Of a stretch of DNA of 52,859 nt, positions 19,524 through 28,911 are shown in pieces. The notes below the pieces were generated by a model. The model saw nothing but the letters and a program-made list of their open reading frames with translations, made no database searches and was not told where the DNA came from. The stretch's first letter is position 1. Each line of letters opens with the position of its first letter. The DNA comes from an uncultured Gammaproteobacteria bacterium (GTDB lineage Bacteria; Patescibacteriota; Patescibacteriia; Patescibacteriales; UBA12465). The DNA lies in the NCBI GenBank assembly GCA_964473565.1, contig CAYYPI010000005.1, positions 1-52,859 on the forward strand. The letters run 5' to 3'. The position numbers and the translations under genes are program-made.

Positions 19524-21632
19524 TTATCTTTCCTGTGGTACTTTGTAGTACTTTAACAGGAAGTCACTTATTTTACCAAAAAGAGGTGCAGCTGAATCAG
19601 CTGAATACTTCACTGTTTTGGGGTTATTTAACTTAGTTAATACTACAAACTTAGGATTGTCAATAGGTAGTATTCCCACAAAATTATGAACATAGTTATC
19701 AGCACTATAAGCTCCTTTTTCAGCTACCTGAGCCGTACCAGTCTTACCACCTATATAATAGCCATCTACAGCAGCTTTAGTGGCATGACCACTTTCAATA
19801 ACATTTACTAGCATTCCAGAAACTAAAGAAGCGCTTTTTTGAGAAATAACTCTTCTAATAACTCTAGGTTGAGTAGTTTCAACAACCTCATCATTAAACC
19901 TTATCTCTTTGACTAAGTAAGGCTTCATCAAGACTCCGTCATTAGCTATAACTCCATATGCCATAATAAGTTGAAGAGGTGAAACAGAAATTCCTTGACC
20001 AAATGAGGTGGTAGCTGCATCAATCTCTCTAATATTATTGTTTAATAAATTATTCATATTACCTTTTGCCTCTGAACCTAATTCAATTCCGGTTTTTTGA
20101 CCAAAACCAAAATCTTTTAAATAATCTGAAAAATTATCAGCGCCAACTTGCTTCATAGCATAAATAGCACCAGTGTTTAATGATTTAGCTAAAACAGTGT
20201 TCATATTTACCCAACCATGAGGTCCGTGACTAGAGTAATCTGAGTTCTTAATTGGTTTATGCCAACCTTCTATCATAATCTTACCTTCATCTTGATATGA
20301 TGTATCTGGGCTAACCTTGCCTCCATCTAAAGCAATAGCCATGGTCATAGTCTTAAATGTAGAACCTGGCTCAAACTGCTCAAAGACTGCAGGATTATTA
20401 AATAAACTAATATTCTTTACATCACTATAATCATTAGCATCAAAATTAGGATAAGAACACATAGCTATAATTGCTCCTGTTTTAGGTTCTAAAACAATAA
20501 CTGTACCACCATCAGCTTGATAATCATCTACAGCTTGCTCCAGCTCTTGGCAAACTCTAAACTGTACCGGACGATCAATAGTTAAGACTAAATCTGCTCC
20601 ATCCTCAGCCTTAAAGTATTGTCTATTACTAATCATAACAGTATTACCAGAACTTTTTTGTCCACTAACTGAACCAAGGGAGCCATATAGCTCTTTATCA
20701 AAGAATTCTTCAAGTCCATAATTACCTATTTGTCTATTTTGGTCTTGCCTAACAAAACCCGTAAGTTGTGAAGTTATATTTTTTTCCGGATAATATCGGT
20801 ATTTTTCTGTTTGTTGTGATATGCCAGGATAAATTATTTGTCCATCTTCTTTAATTTCTAAATCTAAATCTAAGTTATTATAGTTTGTATCTTTTAGGTA
20901 TACTTTAAAGTTCCTAATACTAAGCAAACCCTCAGCTAGGGGTTCGTCACTAGTACTAGCTAAATATCTATATAATTTAAAGATCTGATCTTCAGTTAAT
21001 TTGCTAGCAATAGGTTCATAGGGGTCATTAAATTTTCTTAATTTTTTTAAAAATGAATCTATTATCTCTTCTTTTTCTTTCTCTATTTCTAAACTTATAG
21101 CTATATCCTTTCTTTCTTTAAAATCTTGATTATCAACACGATTTTCAAAATGAGCCTTGGTACTATTTATTTTTTCTTGTTTTTCTCCATTTGAAATATC
21201 TAAGCTATTTATATATGATATTTCAGATTCTAGATCTTCTTTCTCCTTTTCTTTAATTAATTTTTTAGCTTCTTCTTGTATTTCTTCATGATATAGAGCT
21301 AGATAGACTTTTTCTGCTAACTTTTCTTTGTTGATAGCCTCTTTAGGAATGAAAAAAAGTGAAGCAAAGTCTTTGTTAGTAGCAATGGTAAACACCTTTT
21401 CATTAGCACTATCTGTCATGTAAATACTGCCTCTAGATGGTGTTAAATCTGCACTAATATTATGTTGTCCAGAAGCCATAGCGCTATAATAATCATGATT
21501 CTTTATTTGCACTGTGTATAGCTGAATTACTAAAGTACTTAATAACAAAAAAATAACCGCAACAACAAAGTATAAGCGATTATTATATTTTTTATATTCT
21601 TTTTTTTGATTATTCTTTTTTTGTTTCCACAT
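19524..21632 (-). CDS. ftsI: Class B penicillin-binding protein (FtsI/PBP3-like) with a charged insertion
   Basis: RGSI, RYYP, GLE, EPGSTFK (SxxK), SLN (SxN), KTGTAQ; dcw context. Confidence 0.88.
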   Translation of the reverse strand: MWKQKKNNQKKEYKKYNNRLYFVVAVIFLLLSTLVIQLYTVQIKNHDYYSAMASGQHNISADLTPSRGSIYMTDSANEKVFTIATNKDFASLFFIPKEAINKEKLAEKVYLALYHEEIQEEAKKLIKEKEKEDLESEISYINSLDISNGEKQEKINSTKAHFENRVDNQDFKERKDIAISLEIEKEKEEIIDSFLKKLRKFNDPYEPIASKLTEDQIFKLYRYLASTSDEPLAEGLLSIRNFKVYLKDTNYNNLDLDLEIKEDGQIIYPGISQQTEKYRYYPEKNITSQLTGFVRQDQNRQIGNYGLEEFFDKELYGSLGSVSGQKSSGNTVMISNRQYFKAEDGADLVLTIDRPVQFRVCQELEQAVDDYQADGGTVIVLEPKTGAIIAMCSYPNFDANDYSDVKNISLFNNPAVFEQFEPGSTFKTMTMAIALDGGKVSPDTSYQDEGKIMIEGWHKPIKNSDYSSHGPHGWVNMNTVLAKSLNTGAIYAMKQVGADNFSDYLKDFGFGQKTGIELGSEAKGNMNNLLNNNIREIDAATTSFGQGISVSPLQLIMAYGVIANDGVLMKPYLVKEIRFNDEVVETTQPRVIRRVISQKSASLVSGMLVNVIESGHATKAAVDGYYIGGKTGTAQVAEKGAYSADNYVHNFVGILPIDNPKFVVLTKLNNPKTVKYSADSAAPLFGKISDFLLKYYKVPQER

Positions 21633-21637
21633 AATTA

Positions 21638-21718
21638 CTAATCAGCGGATACCATGAAATATTTGAGAATATCTATTACAGCATTAACCTGTGGTAAAAA
21701 TTGTGATAATAAACTCAT
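21638..21718 (-). CDS. Putative 26-aa small protein MSLLSQFLPQVNAVIDILKYFMVSAD (not in the ORF track)
   Basis: ATG 2 nt after the upstream stop and TAG 5 nt before the ftsI ATG; fills the intergenic gap. Confidence 0.4.
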   Translation of the reverse strand: MSLLSQFLPQVNAVIDILKYFMVSAD

Positions 21719-21720
21719 AA

Positions 21721-22050
21721 TTATTTCTTAGCAACTGTTGTGTTAGCAACTGTGATATAAGTAATATCCTCAACAGCCACCAAATCTAAACTGCTAATAC
21801 GAGATTTCACATCATAAAGCGACTCTTTAGTCACAGCTATATCCTGATAGTTTGCATTCTCAACTGCTAGGGCTCTAACTTCAGCTTGTTTTTCCTGTAA
21901 GTCAAAGCCCTTAACGGTTAAATCATTAACTCCGGCAACATAATAAATTAAGCTAAAAGCTAGGCACACGACAATGGTAGCATTTAGCCAACTTAATAGT
22001 TTGCTTTTTTTAGACACACGACTTTTTTGTTGTATATAATTCTTTTGCAT
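21721..22050 (-). CDS. FtsL-like cell division protein
   Basis: Single TM plus coiled coil; lies between rsmH and ftsI. Confidence 0.65.
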   Translation of the reverse strand: MQKNYIQQKSRVSKKSKLLSWLNATIVVCLAFSLIYYVAGVNDLTVKGFDLQEKQAEVRALAVENANYQDIAVTKESLYDVKSRISSLDLVAVEDITYITVANTTVAKK

Positions 22051-22061
22051 GGGAATATATA

Positions 22062-23006
22062 TTATAATTTTTGCGCTATTCTGAGCCTGGCACTTCTAGA
22101 TCTAGGATTTTTTTCTAATTCTTCTGGACTAGGTGTAATTCCTTTAGGCTCTATTATTTTAATTTTTGCTTTATGTTCACAAACACACATTGGTGCTTGG
22201 GGTGGACAAATACAGTCTTTGGCTTCCTTTTTAAAATAATGCTTCACTATCCTATCTTCTAAAGAATGAAAGCTAACCACTGCTAAACGTCCCTCTGGTT
22301 TTAATAATTCAATTGCTTGTGGTAAAAATTCTTCAAGATTTTTAAGTTCTTCATTGGTAGCTATGCGTAAGGCTTGAAAAGTTTTAGTTGCTACATTAAC
22401 ATTTTTAGGCCAAAATCTTTTTGGTACAGTTTTCGCTATTAAAGCTTGTAAATCTTTTCCGGTTTTAATAGCTTTTTTCTTTCTTTCTTTAACAATATTA
22501 TTAGCAATAGACTTTGCAAATCTCTCCTCACCATATTCTTTAATAATTCTTTCCAATTCTCTTTGTGAGTAAGTATTAACAATACTTTGAGTATCATGTA
22601 ATTCTTCCCTACTAAAGGCCATATCTAGGGGTGCTTCACTTTGAAAGGAAAAAGTTCTATCTCTATCATGTAACTGATCTGAAGATAAACCTAAATCAAC
22701 TACTATGCAATTGAATTTTTGTTGTAAAGAAAAGTGTTTTTGAACTACTTCTTTAATCTTTTTAAAATTATTGTGCTCAATAATTAAATTATCTAAATTC
22801 TTTTCTACTTTAAGTTTAGTTGCTTCTGCTATAGCCTTCTCATCAAGATCTAAACTTAAAACAATTCCTTCTTTTCCCACTTCTTTAAGTAATTGCTTAG
22901 TGTAACCCATAGCACCCATAGTGCCATCTATACAGAAATCACCTTTTTTAACTTGTAAATTATCTATTACCTCTTTAAGCATTACTGGTACATGAATACT
23001 AGACAT
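22062..23006 (-). CDS. rsmH: 16S rRNA m4C1402 methyltransferase
   Basis: HVPVM, DLGLSS, PLDM, YGEE, FQALRIATNEEL, SFHSLEDRIVK, NPRSRSARLR. Confidence 0.96.
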   Translation of the reverse strand: MSSIHVPVMLKEVIDNLQVKKGDFCIDGTMGAMGYTKQLLKEVGKEGIVLSLDLDEKAIAEATKLKVEKNLDNLIIEHNNFKKIKEVVQKHFSLQQKFNCIVVDLGLSSDQLHDRDRTFSFQSEAPLDMAFSREELHDTQSIVNTYSQRELERIIKEYGEERFAKSIANNIVKERKKKAIKTGKDLQALIAKTVPKRFWPKNVNVATKTFQALRIATNEELKNLEEFLPQAIELLKPEGRLAVVSFHSLEDRIVKHYFKKEAKDCICPPQAPMCVCEHKAKIKIIEPKGITPSPEELEKNPRSRSARLRIAQKL

Positions 23007-23007
23007 A

Positions 23008-23439
23008 TTAAACTCCTAGATCACCTAAACTTTCTGCTATATCATTACTATTTTTCTCAGCTTGTTTCTTATATTTATCCCAGGCTTTTTCATCCCAAAT
23101 TTCTAAATGATTATACAATCCTGCAATAATTGTTTTTTTCTCTAAATCAGCAAAATCTCTTAAGTATTCAGGTAGAGTAATTCTTCCCTGACTATCAAAT
23201 TCAACATCCATGGCTCCAGCAATCATATGTCTAGCAAAAGCTCTTGCCTTAGCTTGACTAGTTGGTAAACTGGCAAGCTTCTCTGCCATTTTCTGCCACT
23301 GTTCTTTGGAATACAAAAAAAGACAGTTATCTAAACCTTTAGTTACCACCGCTCCTTTTTTCAAAGAAGCACGAAACTTAGCTGGTATAGCTAACCTGCC
23401 TTTTGAATCTAAACTATGTTTGTACTCTCCAATAAACAT
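23008..23439 (-). CDS. mraZ: Division/cell wall cluster transcriptional repressor MraZ
   Basis: MFIGEY..SLDSKGRLAIPAKFR, DSQGRI, HLEIWD. Confidence 0.96.
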   Translation of the reverse strand: MFIGEYKHSLDSKGRLAIPAKFRASLKKGAVVTKGLDNCLFLYSKEQWQKMAEKLASLPTSQAKARAFARHMIAGAMDVEFDSQGRITLPEYLRDFADLEKKTIIAGLYNHLEIWDEKAWDKYKKQAEKNSNDIAESLGDLGV

Positions 23440-23459
23440 ACGTTTATTATTTAATAATT

Positions 23460-23523
23460 CACCTCAATTCACCACTATTCACCACTACGACTTTATTATA
23501 CACCACTAATACACACTCGTCAA
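23460..23523 (-). promoter_or_regulatory. dcw promoter with MraZ-type direct repeats
   Basis: TTGACG (23523-23518), 17 bp, TATAAT (23500-23495); GTGGTG at 23506-23501, 23485-23480, 23475-23470 and GAGGTG at 23465-23460, about 10-bp period. Confidence 0.8.
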
Positions 23524-23604
23524 CTATTTTAAAAGTCAATAAATATAGGCTAAAAACGTATTTTTTAACATATATTGATTTAAAATAAGAAAAAAAATAA
23601 AAAA

Positions 23605-23624
23605 CTGTGGAAACTTATCCACAG
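23605..23624 (-). terminator. Hairpin terminator containing a DnaA box (TTATCCACA, 23615-23623 on +)
   Basis: Minus strand CTGTGGA-TAAGTT-TCCACAG followed by a T run. Confidence 0.55.
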
Positions 23625-23674
23625 GCTTTTATTTTACTTAAATTTCAAGAAAAGCTAAAAAATTGAACTTAAAT

Positions 23675-24049
23675 TTAAATTTTCTTTTTTGAAATTACAA
23701 TATCAGGATCTCGATCATAATCAGGCTTGACTATTTTAATATTATTAATTTCTATAGTTTTTTTCTTAGTAGAACTTAACTTTATATTCTTTGCATAAGC
23801 TAAGGTATTAGCAACAATTACACCTAGGCGTAAACCTGTAAAACTACCACCATCATTATTAACAAGAATTTCCTTAATTTGTGACCACTTAACATTATTG
23901 TCTTTCAATAAGCTATCTATAGTTAACAATAATTCATTTGCTTGTTTTTTAGAGAAAATATCTTTTTCAATAAAATAAAGAGTCTTCCCTTTATCAATTA
24001 TTTTGACTATTATTTTTTTATTGTCTCTACTGTCTATATATAGTTTCAT
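23675..24049 (-). CDS. tsaB: Short TsaB (YeaZ)-like protein
   Basis: LYIDS, ELLLTID, GGSFTGLRLG..VANTLA; N-terminal domain only. Confidence 0.75.
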   Translation of the reverse strand: MKLYIDSRDNKKIIVKIIDKGKTLYFIEKDIFSKKQANELLLTIDSLLKDNNVKWSQIKEILVNNDGGSFTGLRLGVIVANTLAYAKNIKLSSTKKKTIEINNIKIVKPDYDRDPDIVISKKKI

Positions 24050-24980
24050 ATTTTTCAAATGCTTTTTTAATATCTTCCATAGCCTCTATTCTAACTAAGT
24101 CTTGTCTTAAAGATCTAGCTCCAGGCCAAGAGCTAATATACCAAGATAAATGTTTACGCATTTCTTTTAAGCCAAAATCTTTTTTATATTTATAGGCAAG
24201 CTTACTATGCTTTAAAGCTATCTTAATGATTTCCTCTACACTATAATTTATACTACGACCTTCTTTAATTTCTTTAAATAACCAAGGTCTACCCATAGCT
24301 CCTCTGGCTAAACCTAGTCCATCTGCCTTGGTTTTATCCAATGTCTTTTTAGCACTACTAAGATCTTTTACTCCACCATTAGCTAAAATAATACCCTTAA
24401 ATCTTTCCCTGGCTCTTAGTATAAGATCATAATCTATTTCTCCACTAAAACCTTGATTCAAAGTTCTCCCATGTATCATTAAAGCTTTAATATCTAAGTC
24501 GCTAATATAATCAAGAAAATTTATTAAATCAACTTGCCCTGATTTAGTTCTAGTTTTAATAGATACTGGCACAGAGGCTTGAGATATTGTAGCTGAAATT
24601 ATTTTCTTAGCTTGCTCTTTTTCCTTCATTAAGATTGCTCCAGCTCCTTGTTTTAATACTTTATTAACTGGGCAACCAAAATTTATATCAATACCATCTG
24701 GTTTAATCTCTTTTTCAATCACCTTCACTGCTATTTTAAAATGTTCAGGATGATAACCAAAAAGTTGCACAACATAAGGTCTTTGTTTTTCTGTGTAGCT
24801 TAGCATCTCTAAGGTTTTTTCTGGGTTTTTAGTTAAAGCAGTGGCGCTAGCCATTTCACTGTATAATACATCAGCACCATATAATGAACACATTTCCCTA
24901 AAAGCTATATCATTAATACCTGCCATTGGCGCTAAAGCTATTATTGGTTTTTTAAAATCATTCCAAAAATTATTTCCCAT
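24027..24980 (-). CDS. dusB: tRNA-dihydrouridine synthase (DusB-like)
   Basis: LAPMAG, VQLFG, IDINFGCP, IHGRT, ANGGV, RGAMGRPWLF, MRKH. Confidence 0.9.
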   Translation of the reverse strand: MGNNFWNDFKKPIIALAPMAGINDIAFREMCSLYGADVLYSEMASATALTKNPEKTLEMLSYTEKQRPYVVQLFGYHPEHFKIAVKVIEKEIKPDGIDINFGCPVNKVLKQGAGAILMKEKEQAKKIISATISQASVPVSIKTRTKSGQVDLINFLDYISDLDIKALMIHGRTLNQGFSGEIDYDLILRARERFKGIILANGGVKDLSSAKKTLDKTKADGLGLARGAMGRPWLFKEIKEGRSINYSVEEIIKIALKHSKLAYKYKKDFGLKEMRKHLSWYISSWPGARSLRQDLVRIEAMEDIKKAFEKYETIYRQ

Positions 24981-24982
24981 AT

Positions 24983-26368
24983 TTACTTCTTTTTCAATTT
25001 ATAACCATCCTCACTATCTTTAATTTCAAAACCCATTCTTTCAATTTCTCTGCGTAAGTTGTCAGCCTCAGCAAAATCTTTTTCCTCTCTAGCTTTTTCT
25101 CTTTTTTGAGCAAGTACCTCCACTGTGCTGGGTATCTCATTATCTAATTGTTTCTTTATATCTAAACCTAAAAATTTATCAAAATCTAAAATAGTAGCAA
25201 GCTTATTAGCATCACTTAAGGTCTTATCTCTTAACATGGTTTGAACTAAAGCTAGGGCTTGAGCTGTATTTAAATCATTATTAATATGACTAATGAATTT
25301 ATCTTTATATACTTGATTAACTTTACCAGGCTTAGATTCTAAATCTTGAACTCTTTGATATAAAGAACTTAGTGCTGACTGTGCATTTTTTATAATATCA
25401 AAACTATATTCTAATGGCTTCCTATAATGTACTTGCAATGTACTCAAGCGAAAAGCTAGTGGATCAATATTATTATCAAGTAAAGCTTTTTGCAAAGTTA
25501 AGAAATTGTCTTCACTTTTAGCCATCTTTTTTCCACCCTCTATATTCATAAAGGCACTATGCATCCAATAGTTAAAAAACTTTTTCTCAGTAGCTGCCTC
25601 GGATTGAGCAATTTCATTAGTGTGATGCACATCAATGTGATCTATACCACCACAATGAATATCTAATTGCTTTCCTAATCCTTTTAAACTCATAGCGCTA
25701 CATTCAATATGCCAACCAGGAAAACCTATTCCCCAAGGTGAGTCCCATTCCATTTGTCTTTTCCTGTCTTTAGGTGAGAACTTCCAAAGAGCAAAGTCAG
25801 TAGGATTCTTTTTTTCTATATTTTTTTCCACTCTAGCTCCATCTCTTAAATCTTCTAATTTTTGCTTACTCAATTTATTGTAATCACTTATTTTAGAAGT
25901 ATCAAAATATATACCATCAGAAGTTTTGTAGGTATAACCTTTTTTTTCTAAAGTTTTAATTAAATCAATTTGTTCTTTAATAGTATCAGTAGCTTTATAC
26001 CAAATATTAGGTTCAATTATATTTAAATAATTTAAGTCCTCAACAAAAGCCTGGAAATAATAATCAGCTATCTCCCAAGCACTTTTCTGCTCTCTTTTAG
26101 CTCCCAACTCCAACTTATCTTCACCCATATCTCCATCCCCTACTAAATGACCAACGTCAGTAATATTCATTACATGTTTTACCTTATAATCATTATATAA
26201 AAACATTCTCTTTAAAAAATCTTCAAAAAGATAGGTGCGCAAATTACCAATATGAGCATAATTATACACAGTAGGGCCACAGGTATATAAACCCACTTCA
26301 TTTTTCTTAATGGGTATAAACTCTTCTTTTTTTCTATTTAGTGTGTTGTATAAATAAATTGTTTTCAT
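24983..26368 (-). CDS. cysS: Cysteine--tRNA ligase
   Basis: CGPTVY..AHIGN, DFALWK, PGWHIECSAM, HHTNE, KMAKS. Confidence 0.97.
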   Translation of the reverse strand: MKTIYLYNTLNRKKEEFIPIKKNEVGLYTCGPTVYNYAHIGNLRTYLFEDFLKRMFLYNDYKVKHVMNITDVGHLVGDGDMGEDKLELGAKREQKSAWEIADYYFQAFVEDLNYLNIIEPNIWYKATDTIKEQIDLIKTLEKKGYTYKTSDGIYFDTSKISDYNKLSKQKLEDLRDGARVEKNIEKKNPTDFALWKFSPKDRKRQMEWDSPWGIGFPGWHIECSAMSLKGLGKQLDIHCGGIDHIDVHHTNEIAQSEAATEKKFFNYWMHSAFMNIEGGKKMAKSEDNFLTLQKALLDNNIDPLAFRLSTLQVHYRKPLEYSFDIIKNAQSALSSLYQRVQDLESKPGKVNQVYKDKFISHINNDLNTAQALALVQTMLRDKTLSDANKLATILDFDKFLGLDIKKQLDNEIPSTVEVLAQKREKAREEKDFAEADNLRREIERMGFEIKDSEDGYKLKKK

Positions 26369-27255
26369 ATAATACTTTTTATTTTTTTGAGTGATTTTTC
26401 AAATTCTAAGATATTAGTTTCTAATTTACTATTTAAATTATCAAACTTAAAACTTTCTAACTGTTCATCCATTGACTTAATAAATTTAAAAATAAGATTT
26501 TTTTCTATTTCATTCATTTCCTTGCTATCAGTATTTAAACCTTCAAGTAATGATTCAAGGTCTTCTTTACTAATTCCTAGATATAAAGCTGGTAAATTAT
26601 GAAGTTCTTTTACTTGCAATGACCCATCTTCTTTAAAGCTTAAACCTTGTTTTAAGCTGACACCCCCTTTTTCCATGATTTTTCTTATTTTATCTTTTTT
26701 CTTTTCACCACCATCATCACCAGAGTGTCCCAAAACATCATCAAAGCCACAGACAATATTACCTGTTTCTTTATCTAAAATAATATTATCTACGCCATGT
26801 TTATAGTCATCATACTTGGATGATTTACAAACCAAAAAATTATCTTTTAAAGCTTTATCTAGCAATAAAGTAATGGCTGTCTCTGCTAAAGAAGATTTAT
26901 TAAGCTCTTTATCTTTTAGCCAAGTTTCCTTGCTTTTACCCATTTCCTTTGACCAAGTGTCTTCTCTTTCCTTTACAAACTCTATATCGCTCTCATTACT
27001 TAAAGACACACTGCAATCACTCATGAAAATATTGGCATACTCATTATTAAGATGAGTAGATAATTCATTTATCTTTTTATCCAAGAGAGGCTTATATTTT
27101 TCCGCCTTAAACTGTGGTCTTTCTTTAGGTATACTCTCTAAGTCTATTTTTCCTAATATCTTTATCATATAAATAAATAGTAGCATGATAGGAACTAGCA
27201 AGGCAAGAAAAAAGTCCTTCTTTAAAGAAGAACTTATACGTTTTTTATTCATCAC
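26365..27255 (-). CDS. Hypothetical protein (start uncertain)
   Basis: Long ORF overlapping the cysS start; YDDYKHGVD...FD acidic motif. Confidence 0.6.
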   Translation of the reverse strand: MMNKKRISSSLKKDFFLALLVPIMLLFIYMIKILGKIDLESIPKERPQFKAEKYKPLLDKKINELSTHLNNEYANIFMSDCSVSLSNESDIEFVKEREDTWSKEMGKSKETWLKDKELNKSSLAETAITLLLDKALKDNFLVCKSSKYDDYKHGVDNIILDKETGNIVCGFDDVLGHSGDDGGEKKKDKIRKIMEKGGVSLKQGLSFKEDGSLQVKELHNLPALYLGISKEDLESLLEGLNTDSKEMNEIEKNLIFKFIKSMDEQLESFKFDNLNSKLETNILEFEKSLKKIKSII

Positions 27256-27276
27256 ATAGCTACACAGAAAATGAGT

Positions 27277-27444
27277 TTAAATTGAAACAGCTTTAATTTC
27301 TCTGCCTATACATATAAAAAAATATATAAAATAGACTAATAATATAGCTGCACTCATCATTATGGCAATAAAAATAACTATTGGTAAATAGAAATCTAAT
27401 TTTACTTGCCACCAGACTAAAAGATCAGAAATAAAATATTCCAT
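27277..27444 (-). CDS. 55-aa hydrophobic ORF (MEYFISDLLVWWQ...), in frame with the downstream ORF
   Basis: Manual translation; a single TAA at 27279-27277 separates it from the frame of 26365-27255. Confidence 0.45.
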   Translation of the reverse strand: MEYFISDLLVWWQVKLDFYLPIVIFIAIMMSAAILLVYFIYFFICIGREIKAVSI

Positions 27445-27508
27445 AACTATTATTTTTTTGTATATTTACTTTAACTTTTTTTACTACTTTTGTCAATAAT
27501 AACCTGGT

Positions 27509-28783
27509 TTAAAGTTCTTGTTCTATTTCTTCACCGCTTAACATATCCTTAACCTTGTATTTTCCTTCCTTATACTCCTTATCTCCTAAAATAATAACTT
27601 TATTAATATTTTTTTTATTGGCATACTCTAGGGCCTTACCAATCTTAATCACTTCCAAGCCTTCTTCAATATTATAATTTTCTTGTCTTAATTTTTTTGT
27701 TAATAAAGCTGTTTCTTTTTTTAAACTATCATCAAGTAGTGGTAAGTAATATTTATCCTCTTTTTTAATTTGATCCAGTAAATCCCAAGTTTCTAAAAAC
27801 AGCTTGGTTGTTTCATCTCCAGGAGCAAAACCAACAGCTGGAAAAGATTTTTGTCCAAAAATGTCAGCTAAGGAGTTATACCTTCCTCCACCAAACATAG
27901 CCCTGTTATTATCTTTATTTAAATCAAATATTTCAAAAACTAAACCATCATAATAATCCAAACCTCTAATCACAGCTGGGTTAAAAGCAATATAATCACT
28001 ATAGCCTAAATCAGATAGCTTTTGCATAACTATAGTGATATCACTTAAACCTTGACTACTCTTTAACTGAGGTAATTCTTTAAGAAGTTCTTTATCATCT
28101 TGAGAATTCATAAACTTAGAGATAATCTCAAAAGAATCTTTTTTAATATTTATATCTTTAAAAGCTTTTTCAATATCAGCACTTTTCATCTTATTCCATT
28201 TATCCATTAACCTAGTTACAGTGAGTTTATTAGTATCTTTAATATTGGCTAAATCTAAAACTGATTCAATTAAATCTCTACTATTAATATACAATTTAAA
28301 AGAATTCTTAGGCGCTTTAAAGGCTAACATAATATCTAAAGACATTTGCATAATCTCTCTATCTGCCTCTAAAGAATCACTTCCAAATATATCACAATTC
28401 AATTGCCAAAACTCCCTATTTCTTCCACGCTGTGGTTTCTCATTTCTAAGGAAGTTAGCTACAGAATATAGTTTAATTGGCTTTTGCTCCTGATTATATA
28501 TTTTAGAAACTAAACGGGTAACGCTAGGGGTCATCTCAGGTCTAATAGCTAATTCTCTGCCGGCTCTATCAGTTATAGTCATCAGCTCCTTATTACCAAC
28601 CTCCTCGCCTGATTTTGCTTTATATATCTGAGCGCTTTCTAAAATAGGTGTTAAATAAGGATCAAATCCATATGACTGACAAACCTTCTTCCAGGTATCA
28701 AAAATATATTGCCTGATAGCAAATTCTTCTGGCAACCAGTCACTGGTTCCCTTTATTGGATTGTTTGTTATTTCTTTATTCAT
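27509..28783 (-). CDS. hisS: Histidine--tRNA ligase
   Basis: RPEMT, RNEKPQRGRNREFWQ, RGLDYY, GGGRY. Confidence 0.96.
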   Translation of the reverse strand: MNKEITNNPIKGTSDWLPEEFAIRQYIFDTWKKVCQSYGFDPYLTPILESAQIYKAKSGEEVGNKELMTITDRAGRELAIRPEMTPSVTRLVSKIYNQEQKPIKLYSVANFLRNEKPQRGRNREFWQLNCDIFGSDSLEADREIMQMSLDIMLAFKAPKNSFKLYINSRDLIESVLDLANIKDTNKLTVTRLMDKWNKMKSADIEKAFKDINIKKDSFEIISKFMNSQDDKELLKELPQLKSSQGLSDITIVMQKLSDLGYSDYIAFNPAVIRGLDYYDGLVFEIFDLNKDNNRAMFGGGRYNSLADIFGQKSFPAVGFAPGDETTKLFLETWDLLDQIKKEDKYYLPLLDDSLKKETALLTKKLRQENYNIEEGLEVIKIGKALEYANKKNINKVIILGDKEYKEGKYKVKDMLSGEEIEQEL

Positions 28784-28911
28784 ATGTAATTAGTGTAGCG
28801 CAGTTGTATTTTTTTTTCAATAAAGGTGTTAATAATAATTTAATAATAAGTTTAGAATTTTTTAATAGCATTAATTATATATTAAGCTTAATTATAATTA
28901 ATTTTTTATTT

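Noticed and set aside
23580-23675. Possible replication origin
   Set aside because: Only one perfect DnaA box, a short region and no dnaA/dnaN nearby
28756-28911. N-terminal extension of the response regulator
   Set aside because: It overlaps the hisS start and an AT-rich divergent promoter region; the REC domain begins at ATG 28912
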